A DNA stretch of 64,000 bases from a virus, in IMG/VR virus record IMGVR_UViG_3300045988_165974, positions 32,001 through 96,000 of that record; one strand, written 5' to 3'. The translations under genes and the position numbers were made by a program. This document shows positions 49,437 to 58,538 of the stretch, piece after piece. Numbering within the stretch: the first letter of the stretch is position 1; the number at the start of each line of letters is the position of its first letter. The notes below the pieces were generated by a model. The model worked only from the letters and a program-made list of their open reading frames with translations, had not been told where the DNA came from and did not search any database.

Positions 49437-50362
49437 CGATAACTCAAAAAGATTACGATTTAATTAAGATTAAAAAGGGGAAAAGAGGTTATACAACACT
49501 TGAAGATTTTTTAGATTATGGAAAAGAAAAATTTAATTTAGAAGAAGAAAGAATTAAAGGAATATTTTTTGAAAACATTCAAGCAAAAATTTCAGATTTA
49601 ATTTATTTAGATAATGAGAATAAATCAATTTGTGAAATTCATATAACTCATTGTGAAATAGAGAATATAAAATTAGAAGGAATCAAACATTTAAGAATAA
49701 AAAAATCTAAAATAGGAACAGTTTGTGCAGAAGAAATAAAAACAATAGGTCTTCTTAATTCAACAATTTTCTTTTTACAATTGTCTGAAAGTATTGTGAA
49801 CATAACTCTTTCAGATACTACAAATATAGGAACATTACATTTATTTTGTTGTATTTATAAAATTTTTACTGATTCTCCCTTCTGTACGCTAGAAAAGATT
49901 CATGTAGAAAATAGTTATGTTACAAATATATGTAGGAACACTTCTTTATTAATGAAGGAAAGTAAGAAAATAACTAATTGTGGAAACAATCTATATCCTA
50001 TAGTTCCAGAAACGGGTTCTTTTATTGGATACAAAAAAGCACTTAGTTGTATTACTCCAGGAAGACATTTTCCTGTAATTATAAAGCTGGAAATACAAGA
50101 AGATAGTTTAAGAAATTCTGCTTGTGGTAGAAAATGCAGAGCAAGTAAGGTAAAGGTTTTAGATATTTATAGTATTAAAGATAAAAATATAAAATACGAA
50201 ATTGCTTATAGTAAATTTGGTTTATGTTCCGAAAATTCATTAAAATATGAAATTGGGAAAATAGTTGAGCCAAATTCTTTTGAAGAAGACAGATGGATTG
50301 AGTGTGCTCCAGGTATTCATTTCTTTATAACAGAAGAAGAAGCAATAAATTATGATTTTTAG
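49424..50362 (+). CDS. repeat protein with a C-terminal CAPGIHFF domain
   Basis: Loosely repetitive N-terminal half. The C-terminus is GSFIGYKKA...CGRKCRASKVKVL...ECAPGIHFFITEEEA. Possibly related to the C-terminal domain of 21159-21998. Confidence 0.5.
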   Translation: MAILTITQKDYDLIKIKKGKRGYTTLEDFLDYGKEKFNLEEERIKGIFFENIQAKISDLIYLDNENKSICEIHITHCEIENIKLEGIKHLRIKKSKIGTVCAEEIKTIGLLNSTIFFLQLSESIVNITLSDTTNIGTLHLFCCIYKIFTDSPFCTLEKIHVENSYVTNICRNTSLLMKESKKITNCGNNLYPIVPETGSFIGYKKALSCITPGRHFPVIIKLEIQEDSLRNSACGRKCRASKVKVLDIYSIKDKNIKYEIAYSKFGLCSENSLKYEIGKIVEPNSFEEDRWIECAPGIHFFITEEEAINYDF

Positions 50363-50391
50363 TTGACAAACTTAAATAAAAAATATATAAT
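50363..50391 (+). promoter_or_regulatory. promoter
   Basis: TTGACA, a 17-nt spacer, then TATAAT. Confidence 0.6.
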
Positions 50392-50463
50392 GTATATATA
50401 TTCAATTAAATACTCTCCCCAGTATTTAGTTATCAATAATATATATCATTAATATATTCCTCA

Positions 50464-50495
50464 GACCCAAGAATTCCCCTTGGGTCCATTTTTTT
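50464..50495 (+). terminator. leader terminator/attenuator
   Basis: GACCCAAG-AATTCCC-CTTGGGTC followed by T7, immediately before the RBS of Rep-like paralogue 2. Confidence 0.65.
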
Positions 50496-50509
50496 AAGGA
50501 GATGAACAG

Positions 50510-51445
50510 ATGCCAAACTACAAAAGAATTTACAAAGAAAATGAAACAGGAGGGCAAGATGTTATTGGTTATATAAAACCCAATGAAACAGTAAGAGTTG
50601 TAAAGAATCTAACTCCTCAACAAATAGCTATTATAAATCAAAAAGACGAACTTAAAGAGCATTGTAGAGAATTAGGTGGATTTATTCATGTTTGTTATGT
50701 AAAAAATGAATTGCTATTTAATAATTTAAATTTAACAAGACCCACAATCACGAGACTAATTTACTTAGCTACATATATTGATTATAATAACAGGGATTCA
50801 AATTTATTAGTAAAATACGGAAAGAATCACAAATTAGAACCATTGAAGAAAAAAGATATAGAAAATCTAATGAGACTTTCAAACCCATCTTTTCTTAAAT
50901 TTTTTAATGAAATAAAAGAAAAGGGAATATTATTTGAAGACAATAAGAAATATTATTTATCAAATAAATATTTTTCTAAAGGGCAAAGTATTTATAAAAA
51001 GAAAGAATATACTAGAATTTTTATTGACTCTACCAGATTTTTCTATCAAAATTCAACTAGTAGGCAACACACACAATTGTCATATGTTTTTCAATTAATT
51101 CCATTTTTGCATTACGAAACAAATATTTTATGTAGAAATCCAGATGAACTAGATATAGATAATTTAGATATATTATCTTTGAGGGATATATGTGAATTAC
51201 TTAAAATTAAAACAAGCTACGAACAAATGAGTAGAGTTGAAAATTCTTTATTAAAATTCAAGTTAATATTTAACGATAAAAAATACCATTTATTTAAAAG
51301 AATAATAGTCAAAGGAGAAGATGAAAAAGTAGATTATTTTATAACTAATCCGCTATTGATTTGGAAAGGAAGTGATGTGGATAAAAACAAAGAAACTATT
51401 GAAAAATTGTATTTTTCTAACAAAAAGAACAAGGTTTCACACTAA
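50510..51445 (+). CDS. Rep-like protein, paralogue 2
   Basis: 311 aa, collinear with the ORF at 41621-42577. Confidence 0.45.
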   Translation: MPNYKRIYKENETGGQDVIGYIKPNETVRVVKNLTPQQIAIINQKDELKEHCRELGGFIHVCYVKNELLFNNLNLTRPTITRLIYLATYIDYNNRDSNLLVKYGKNHKLEPLKKKDIENLMRLSNPSFLKFFNEIKEKGILFEDNKKYYLSNKYFSKGQSIYKKKEYTRIFIDSTRFFYQNSTSRQHTQLSYVFQLIPFLHYETNILCRNPDELDIDNLDILSLRDICELLKIKTSYEQMSRVENSLLKFKLIFNDKKYHLFKRIIVKGEDEKVDYFITNPLLIWKGSDVDKNKETIEKLYFSNKKNKVSH

Positions 51446-51613
51446 GTTTTGAAAAATAGCCTAAAACCTCACACTAAATTTTATGTTAAAAACAGTTAAT
51501 TAGATAGAAAAATATAACCAGATAGTATATTTTTTATTGCTCGACTGTTATTATTATTAGACTACATACTACTAAACCATTCATACAGTATAATATTTTT
51601 AAGGAGGAAAATT

Positions 51614-52579
51614 ATGAATAAATTTTTAAAAGAAATTGAGAAAACAAATAAAATAGCCTTATTAACTTACGGAGGTAGCTATGCATATGGAACAAATGTA
51701 GAGGGCTCTGACATTGATTTAAGGGGCATATTTTTACCATCTAAATTAGAAATACTATCTATGACTTGCTGCGACAAGGCTCTTACGGATAATGAAACAG
51801 ATACTGTTATGTATCCCTTAAAACAAATGATTCAATTATTATGTAATGCAAATCCTAATACAATTGAAATATTAGGGACTAGAGAACAGGATATATTTAA
51901 GATATCTAAAGAGGGACAAATGCTTAAAGATAATGTAGATTTATTTTTAACAAAAGGAAAAGTTCATTCTGCACTCTTAGGATATGCTCAAAATCAATTG
52001 AGAAGATTAAAAAATGCAATAGCTCGAGATGATTTAGAACAGACAGAAAAAGAGAAACATATTTTACAGTCTGTTGAAAAGAGAATGTCTACTTTCGAGC
52101 AATCATATGCTCCAATAACAAACGGAGAATTAAAGCTGCACATAGAAAAATCAAATAAAGAAGATTTAGAAGAGGAAATTATGATAGACATGTGCTTAAA
52201 AAATTATCCATTACGAGACTGTAAAAAAATGTTAGATGAAATGGCAATAACCTTAAAACAATATGGAAAATTAAATCACAGAAATAAAAAGAAAGACGAA
52301 CAACATCTTCTGAAACATTCTATGCACCTTGTGAGACTTTATTTAATGGGAATTGATATATTACAAGGAAATGGAATTAAAACTTACAGAGAGGACGACA
52401 GGGAGTTATTATTAGATATTAGAAATGGCAAATATTCTTATGAACAAATTTATAATATGGCAGAAAAATTAGAAGAAGAATTTAAAGATGCATTACAGAC
52501 AAGCAGCTTACCTGAGAAATTAGATTATGATAAAATAAATAATTTAGTTGCAGAAATAAACAAACAAATATTGAAATAA
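51614..52579 (+). CDS. Pol-beta-fold nucleotidyltransferase, RlaP-like (RNA-ligase-associated family)
   Basis: LLTYGGSYAYGTNVEGSDIDLRGIF is the GS...SD.D signature of the PF10127-type predicted nucleotidyltransferases. Confidence 0.6.
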   Translation: MNKFLKEIEKTNKIALLTYGGSYAYGTNVEGSDIDLRGIFLPSKLEILSMTCCDKALTDNETDTVMYPLKQMIQLLCNANPNTIEILGTREQDIFKISKEGQMLKDNVDLFLTKGKVHSALLGYAQNQLRRLKNAIARDDLEQTEKEKHILQSVEKRMSTFEQSYAPITNGELKLHIEKSNKEDLEEEIMIDMCLKNYPLRDCKKMLDEMAITLKQYGKLNHRNKKKDEQHLLKHSMHLVRLYLMGIDILQGNGIKTYREDDRELLLDIRNGKYSYEQIYNMAEKLEEEFKDALQTSSLPEKLDYDKINNLVAEINKQILK

Positions 52580-52604
52580 AAATATTATTTTTTTAGAAAT
52601 CCAC

Positions 52605-52633
52605 TTGATAGTTTAATATAAAAATGCTATTAT
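52605..52633 (+). promoter_or_regulatory. promoter
   Basis: TTGATA, a 17-nt spacer, then TATTAT. Confidence 0.45.
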
Positions 52634-52658
52634 TTATGTATGTAGAGGGGGTTATAAA

Positions 52659-52916
52659 ATGAGAATGACAAGTAGAAGATTCAATAATATGGTTAAGAAA
52701 GTCATCGAAAGAAAAAAAGATAAATTAAAGGACTACAGAGTTGACGATGTTGCTTTTTATAATGTAAACATCAGAAAACAATATAAAAAAGACGAATATG
52801 AAATTATCGTATCTGTTGATGAAATAGAAGTACCAAATATACTTATTCGTGATATCGTAGAAGAAACAGCAGAAATATTAGGGATTAAGGTATATCGAAT
52901 ATTAGTAGAATTATAA
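52659..52916 (+). CDS. hypothetical protein
   Basis: 85-aa ORF with a GAGGGGG RBS. Confidence 0.45.
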   Translation: MRMTSRRFNNMVKKVIERKKDKLKDYRVDDVAFYNVNIRKQYKKDEYEIIVSVDEIEVPNILIRDIVEETAEILGIKVYRILVEL

Positions 52917-52957
52917 AAGTAAGGAGGAGATTTTCTCCTCTTTATTAAAAAAAGAAG

Positions 52958-52986
52958 TTGACATATTATTATAAAAATGCTAATAT
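52958..52986 (+). promoter_or_regulatory. promoter
   Basis: TTGACA, a 17-nt spacer, then TAATAT. A hairpin AGGAGA-TTT-TCTCCT lies upstream. Confidence 0.55.
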
Positions 52987-53004
52987 ATAAATATACAAGG
53001 GAGG

Positions 53005-53961
53005 TTGAAAATGCTAAAACTTATAACTCATAATGATTTAGATGGAGTTGGGTGTGGGATTATTGCAAGCTACATACTAGGGAATGGAATAGACATAAGT
53101 TATTGCAGTAATCATCAGGTCGATAAAGTTTTTTCAGATACATTATCTAGTGGAGAATATGAAATGATAATTTTAACAGATGTAAGTATCAATAAAGAAA
53201 ATGCAGAAAAAGTTAAAGAATCAGATATGAATGTTCTTTTATTAGACCATCATCCAACTGCACTTTGGTTAAATGAATATCCGTTTGCTAAAGTTCTTAT
53301 AGGAGATACAGATGGAACAAAGACTTGTGGAACTCAATTATTTGCAAGTTTCCTTTATCAATCAATGGAGGAAGATAAAGATTTCCACAAAGGTAGAAAA
53401 ATGTTTGAAATGGTTACAAATAAAGTTCTTTGGAAATTTGTAAAACTAGTAACCTATTGGGACACATGGCAATGGAAAGAAGAAAATATATTAGAAGCAA
53501 AAGAGCTTAATATGTTATTTGACATTTATGGACTTGAAGAATTTTCAAAGTTAATTAAAAAGAAATTTGAAAACTATGAACTATATGGAGACGATTCTAG
53601 TTTCTTTGGAATGGCAGAAAGGCATGTATTAAAATTAAGACAAAGAGAAATAGATGATTTGTTCAAAAAGAAAAACAAATCACTAAAGAAAACTAAATTC
53701 GAAGGTTATAATGTTGGAGTTATATTCTGTGATAGATTTTATTCAGAAATAGGAAATAGAATTTGTGAAGAGAATTCTGACATAGATTTTGTAGTTATGT
53801 TACAAGACCATACTACAAGCCTTAGAGGTATAGATAAAGTTAATTTAGGAGATATCGCCAAAAAATATGGTGGTGGAGGACATAATAATGCCGCAGGATT
53901 CCCAATTGGTGCGGTAAATTTTATAGATGAAATATTGGGTGATATGAATGATTTCTTATAA
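53005..53961 (+). CDS. DHH/DHHA1-family phosphoesterase (NrnA-like)
   Basis: ITHNDLDGVGCG (motif I), TDVS, LLLDHHP (DHH), GGGHNNAAGF (DHHA1). Confidence 0.85.
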   Translation: MKMLKLITHNDLDGVGCGIIASYILGNGIDISYCSNHQVDKVFSDTLSSGEYEMIILTDVSINKENAEKVKESDMNVLLLDHHPTALWLNEYPFAKVLIGDTDGTKTCGTQLFASFLYQSMEEDKDFHKGRKMFEMVTNKVLWKFVKLVTYWDTWQWKEENILEAKELNMLFDIYGLEEFSKLIKKKFENYELYGDDSSFFGMAERHVLKLRQREIDDLFKKKNKSLKKTKFEGYNVGVIFCDRFYSEIGNRICEENSDIDFVVMLQDHTTSLRGIDKVNLGDIAKKYGGGGHNNAAGFPIGAVNFIDEILGDMNDFL

Positions 53962-54514
53962 GGTTGCATTTACTGGACATAGACCAAATGGTTTATATGG
54001 GTATGATATGAATGCCTATAAATATATTGAATTAGAACTTAAAATTGAGCAAATTATCAGATGGTTAATTCAAAAGTATGGTTCTAATGATTTTTATACA
54101 GGTGGAGCTTTAGGATTTGATACACTTGTAGCAAAAATCTTAATAAACTTTAGAAAAAATGAATATCCAAATATTCAAGATTATGTATGTGTTCCTTTTA
54201 AAGAGCAATATAAGGCTTGGAGTAAAGAACAAATAAAAGAATGGTTATATATTGTAAATAATTGTTATAAATCATTTGCAATTGATACAATAGAAGGTTA
54301 TACTTGTAATAAGGCAGAAATTGGAAAATATCATCCATATAAAATGGAATTAAGAAACCAATATATGGTAGATAATTGCGATATTCTTATTGCTTGTTGG
54401 AATGAGGAGAAACATGGAGGAACTTACAACTGTGTTAGATATGCTTTAGAGAATAATAAAAAAGTTTTAGTCATAAACCCTCAAACCTTAAAAACAAATA
54501 AAATTAACTTTTAG
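53948..54514 (+). CDS. SLOG-fold DUF1273 (YpsA/YoqJ-like) protein
   Basis: VAFTGHRP...YTGGALGFDTL...CDILIACWN..KHGGTYN fits the DUF1273 pattern. Confidence 0.65.
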   Translation: MISYKVAFTGHRPNGLYGYDMNAYKYIELELKIEQIIRWLIQKYGSNDFYTGGALGFDTLVAKILINFRKNEYPNIQDYVCVPFKEQYKAWSKEQIKEWLYIVNNCYKSFAIDTIEGYTCNKAEIGKYHPYKMELRNQYMVDNCDILIACWNEEKHGGTYNCVRYALENNKKVLVINPQTLKTNKINF

Positions 54515-54528
54515 GAGGAGACAAAGAA

Positions 54529-55035
54529 ATGGAAGTTTACAAATTATTAGAAAAAGGAATTGGAAGTTTCCCAGGAGATAATGGGACAGAATGGATGAAT
54601 AAAGAATTCGCCCTTATACACAAAGGAGCTATAGCTACTACATTATTTGGGCCACTAGAGTCATCTGATGCAGAATTATTTGGAATTTCAGAACTTACAT
54701 TCAAAAATCACTTTGTAAGAACTGGAGAAACAAATAATCCAATAGTAGAAAAAATAGCAACAATGTATAAAGAAATTTCAACAGATATAGAAAAAGATAT
54801 ATTGTCTGATATGTTAAAAACAAAATTAGAAATATCTGATAAAGAAGAAAAGAAAAAGGAAACAGTAAATAAGAGTTTAGATTTCTTAGACTTTTTAAAT
54901 AAAATATTTGATGTAGATACTGATTCAGATGAAGAATGTGATGTAGATATAGAAGAAAGATTAGACAGAATGGAGCAAAAATTAGATAGAATAGAATCTG
55001 TAATAGATAGAATTGCAGCTTTCTGTAAGCTATAA
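54529..55035 (+). CDS. acidic hypothetical protein
   Basis: 168-aa ORF with a GGAGGAG RBS. Confidence 0.5.
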   Translation: MEVYKLLEKGIGSFPGDNGTEWMNKEFALIHKGAIATTLFGPLESSDAELFGISELTFKNHFVRTGETNNPIVEKIATMYKEISTDIEKDILSDMLKTKLEISDKEEKKKETVNKSLDFLDFLNKIFDVDTDSDEECDVDIEERLDRMEQKLDRIESVIDRIAAFCKL

Positions 55036-55046
55036 GATGTTTTCTA

Positions 55047-55076
55047 GGTAACTAAAATTTTAGTTACCATTTTTTT
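55047..55076 (+). terminator. intrinsic terminator
   Basis: GGTAACTAAA-ATTT-TAGTTACC followed by T7. Confidence 0.75.
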
Positions 55077-55086
55077 ATAAATTAAG

Positions 55087-55115
55087 TTGACATACTGATA
55101 TAAAAAATATATAAT
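55087..55115 (+). promoter_or_regulatory. promoter
   Basis: TTGACA, a 17-nt spacer, then TATAAT. Confidence 0.6.
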
Positions 55116-55145
55116 TAATATATAAAGATTGGAAGGAGGGCAAAA

Positions 55146-55943
55146 ATGTTAAAAGTTTTATATTGTAATGAAAACTTAATAATAGATTCTTTAGCAGAAA
55201 GCTTAGTCATAGGGGGATTGCCTATGTATGATAAAGTTCCTACTAAAGAAGGACTAGAAGATGAAATACAATCTTTAAAATGGAAATTAAAAGTTATATG
55301 GAAAAATAAAGTATATTTTACTTTCAATAAGGAAGTAAAACAAATAAGACTTAATAAATCTATTTTAGATATGGATTTAAATTATTTATCTAATGAATTT
55401 GGGATTGTAGGAATAAATTTAGAACAAAAAATGGACAAAATAAATTCAATATGTGAATCCTTAGATGTATATTGTAAAAGAGGTAGAACATTAGGTAATG
55501 TTTCAGTAGGAAGTGGGCATAATTCTTTATTTAAAGGGGTTCAATTTAACATGATTATTAACTTCCCATTATATTGGCTAAAGGAACTACAGAGGTATCA
55601 TTTTACAGATATAATATCAAGCCAATCTACTATGCATAAAGTTTTAAAATTTAATTTAAACGATATGTTTAGTGATGAAGTTGACCCAAGATGTATTGCA
55701 GTTATTGAAGATTTAAAAGAAAAATATAATATGGAATCAGATAAAGATAAGAAAAAACAAATATGGAGAAGAATTATTAACAGTTTGCCAGATGGGTTTA
55801 GTATGGCAATGGGCATCACAATGAATTATTTACAATTAACAACTATGATTCCCCAAAGAGAAAAACATAAGCTAAGTGAATGGTCCGAAGATTTAATTCC
55901 TTTCTTTAAATCTTTACCATATTATGATTTCTTTATACAATAA
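55146..55943 (+). CDS. divergent ThyX-like protein
   Basis: GHNSLFKGVQFNMIINFPLYWLKELQRYHFTDIISSQSTMH parallels the ThyX GH.S..E...F.F.I...SR....EL.RHR..S.SQ.SQRY, but the RHR arginines are replaced. Confidence 0.4.
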   Translation: MLKVLYCNENLIIDSLAESLVIGGLPMYDKVPTKEGLEDEIQSLKWKLKVIWKNKVYFTFNKEVKQIRLNKSILDMDLNYLSNEFGIVGINLEQKMDKINSICESLDVYCKRGRTLGNVSVGSGHNSLFKGVQFNMIINFPLYWLKELQRYHFTDIISSQSTMHKVLKFNLNDMFSDEVDPRCIAVIEDLKEKYNMESDKDKKKQIWRRIINSLPDGFSMAMGITMNYLQLTTMIPQREKHKLSEWSEDLIPFFKSLPYYDFFIQ

Positions 55944-55980
55944 ATAAAAAATATTTAGAAAGAAATTAGGAGGTAAAAAA

Positions 55981-56844
55981 ATGGCAAAAGTAAACATGAA
56001 GTCAACAAAAGCAGAAATATTTGAAAAATTACAAGAAGTTGAAAAGCAACTTGAAGTAGAAAGAAACTCTAAGAAAACAGCAGTAGATGTAGCTCAAGAA
56101 AAAGTTGCTACAGAAAGAAAAGTAAAAGCGAATAACCTAGTAGGGAAAGAAATTCTTTCACAAGAAATAATAGACGGATATAATGCTTTAAAAGAAGAAG
56201 AAGTGTCTATAAAGAAAAGAATAAAAGATTTATATGACATAGAAGTTAATTTAAATACTTTAGATGCTTTAAAAATAGTACATAAAGAAGAACTAGAAAA
56301 ACATAAAGCAGAATTAGAATCTATTAACGAAGAAATAAAAACTTCAAAACTTGAAACTCAAAGAGAAAGAGAAGAGGAAGAAAAAGAATATATATTCCAA
56401 AGAGATAAAAAGAGAAAAGCAGAACAAAGAGAATATGAAACTCAAAAGACAGAAAGAGAAATTGCTATCAGAGAAAAAGAAAGAGCAGTTGAAGTTAGGG
56501 AAAATGACATAGCAAATAAAGAAGAAGAAATTTCTAATTTATATAAAGAAATAACAGAGTTAAAACTTCTTGCAGAAGAAAAATACAAAGAAGGTTTAGA
56601 AAAAGGTAAGAAAGACGAATCTAAATCAAATGTGTTTGAAAAGAGAACTTTAGAAAATAAACATAGTGCTGAAATAGAAAAAATGCAAAATAAAATAGAA
56701 ATCTTAGAAGATAGCTTATCAACTGAAAAACAAAGAAATGTAGATTTATCTTCTAAGTTAGATAAAGCTTATGAAAAAATAAATAATACTGCTTTAGAAG
56801 TCGCTAAAAACTCAGGGACTAAAATCTTAAATGACAATAAATAA
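55981..56844 (+). CDS. coiled-coil protein
   Basis: 287 aa, rich in E/K with heptad character. Confidence 0.5.
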   Translation: MAKVNMKSTKAEIFEKLQEVEKQLEVERNSKKTAVDVAQEKVATERKVKANNLVGKEILSQEIIDGYNALKEEEVSIKKRIKDLYDIEVNLNTLDALKIVHKEELEKHKAELESINEEIKTSKLETQREREEEEKEYIFQRDKKRKAEQREYETQKTEREIAIREKERAVEVRENDIANKEEEISNLYKEITELKLLAEEKYKEGLEKGKKDESKSNVFEKRTLENKHSAEIEKMQNKIEILEDSLSTEKQRNVDLSSKLDKAYEKINNTALEVAKNSGTKILNDNK

Positions 56845-56867
56845 TATTTAGATGGGAGCTGATATAT

Positions 56868-57815
56868 TTGGCTAAAATAAAATTTAATGAAGTAGTTATA
56901 TCTGGGGAAGTTCTTGATTTATTTAATCCAAGAATAACTCCAATTAAATCTAAAGATGCAGATGGAGTTGAATTTGACAATGAAATGTTATCATATCAAA
57001 TTCAAGTAGAAACAGGAAAAGACGAAAGTAAAGTTGTTGATATTAATTCAAGAAAATTTAACTTTGACGGAACACCTTCTCAAGATTATATGAGAAAGAA
57101 AACTTTAGGGAATGACCTAGAAACTAGAGCAGAAAATGAAGAAGGTGGAGAATTAGTTAGATGTACAGGTTCTTTAATAGGAAATGTTTACTACAATAAA
57201 GAGGGCGAATTAGTGCAAGGATATAGAATAGACTGCCAATTCTGTAATAGAAAATCAGACAGTAAATTCAATATCTATAAAACTCAAAACTGGAAAGCAT
57301 ATGCTCTTATAAAAGAAATTGTAGAAATGGAAGATTCTCTAAACGGACAACCTTATTTATTAGTTACTTTAGCTATAAACAAATGGGTTAAAAAAGACAG
57401 AACAAATGCTGCTTGGAGTATAGTTAAAGCTAGAACTTATGACAATATAGAAGTATTCAAAAAAATGTATAAAGTTGGAGATGTAGCTTTCTTTAAAGGA
57501 AAATTTAGTTCTCATATGGTAGAAGAAACAGGTGCATTTGGTGAATGTAACACTAGGAAAACAGAATCCTTTTTAGAAATAAAAGGAGGGAAACCACCTG
57601 TACAAGAAACTCTTGAAAATGGAGAATTTTCTATATTAGATAAAGAAATATGTTCAGATGAAAAATATCCTTTTACAAAAGAACTTGTTGAAATACAAGA
57701 AAAAGCCTATGAAGAAGAATTAGCTAGAGCTAAAGAGAAATGGGTTAAGAAGAAACAAGAAGAAGTAGACACATCATCACAAATGGAAATAACTGACGAT
57801 GACATACCATTCTAG
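56868..57815 (+). CDS. SSB-like protein with a canonical acidic C-terminal tip
   Basis: Ends ...EITDDDIPF, matching the conserved SSB tail D-D-D-I-P-F. It lies next to recombination genes. TTG start. At 315 aa it is large for an SSB. Confidence 0.55.
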   Translation: MAKIKFNEVVISGEVLDLFNPRITPIKSKDADGVEFDNEMLSYQIQVETGKDESKVVDINSRKFNFDGTPSQDYMRKKTLGNDLETRAENEEGGELVRCTGSLIGNVYYNKEGELVQGYRIDCQFCNRKSDSKFNIYKTQNWKAYALIKEIVEMEDSLNGQPYLLVTLAINKWVKKDRTNAAWSIVKARTYDNIEVFKKMYKVGDVAFFKGKFSSHMVEETGAFGECNTRKTESFLEIKGGKPPVQETLENGEFSILDKEICSDEKYPFTKELVEIQEKAYEEELARAKEKWVKKKQEEVDTSSQMEITDDDIPF

Positions 57816-57911
57816 GAAGGGTTTTAACAGTTAAATAAAATATATAAATATCTATAAATATATTGTAAAATTTTATAGATTTCGATATAATACTATTGAG
57901 GTGATAAATAA

Positions 57912-58538
57912 ATGAAATATTACTCAATAGGAGAATTTGCGAACCAAATAGGCAAGACGGTTCAAACACTTAGAAATTGGGATAATAAAGGAACTTTAAA
58001 ACCGCATCATGTAACAGTAGGCGGAACAAGGTATTATTCTCAAGAACAACTTAATCATTTCTTAGGACTTAAAAATATGGAATCTAAAAATAAAAAAATT
58101 ATTGGTTATTGCAGAGTTAGTTCTTATAAACAAAAAGACGACCTTGAAAGGCAAATTGAAAATGTAAAAACATATATGTATGCAAAAGGTTATCAATTCG
58201 AGATTATTTCTGATATTGGAAGTGGAATAAACTATAATAAAAAAGGATTAAATCAATTAATAGATATGATTACTAATTCAGAAATAGATAAGATAGTAGT
58301 CCTTCATAAAGATAGATTAATTAGATTTGGATATGAATTAATAAAAAATCTTTGTGATAAGTATGGGACTACTATTGAAATTATAGATAATACCGAGAGG
58401 ACAGAAGAACAAGAATTAGTTGAAGATTTAATTCAGATAATCACTGTATTTAGCTGTAGACTTCAAGGTAAAAGAGCTAATAAAGCTAAGAAAATGATTA
58501 AGGAGTTGATAGAAGATGATACTTGCAAAGAAAGTTAG
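57912..58538 (+). CDS. tnpA: IS607-type serine recombinase TnpA (MerR-like HTH + resolvase domain)
   Basis: YYSIGEFANQIGKTVQTLRNWDNKG (MerR-type HTH). IIGYCRVSSYKQKDDLERQ (catalytic Ser). Confidence 0.9.
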   Translation: MKYYSIGEFANQIGKTVQTLRNWDNKGTLKPHHVTVGGTRYYSQEQLNHFLGLKNMESKNKKIIGYCRVSSYKQKDDLERQIENVKTYMYAKGYQFEIISDIGSGINYNKKGLNQLIDMITNSEIDKIVVLHKDRLIRFGYELIKNLCDKYGTTIEIIDNTERTEEQELVEDLIQIITVFSCRLQGKRANKAKKMIKELIEDDTCKES

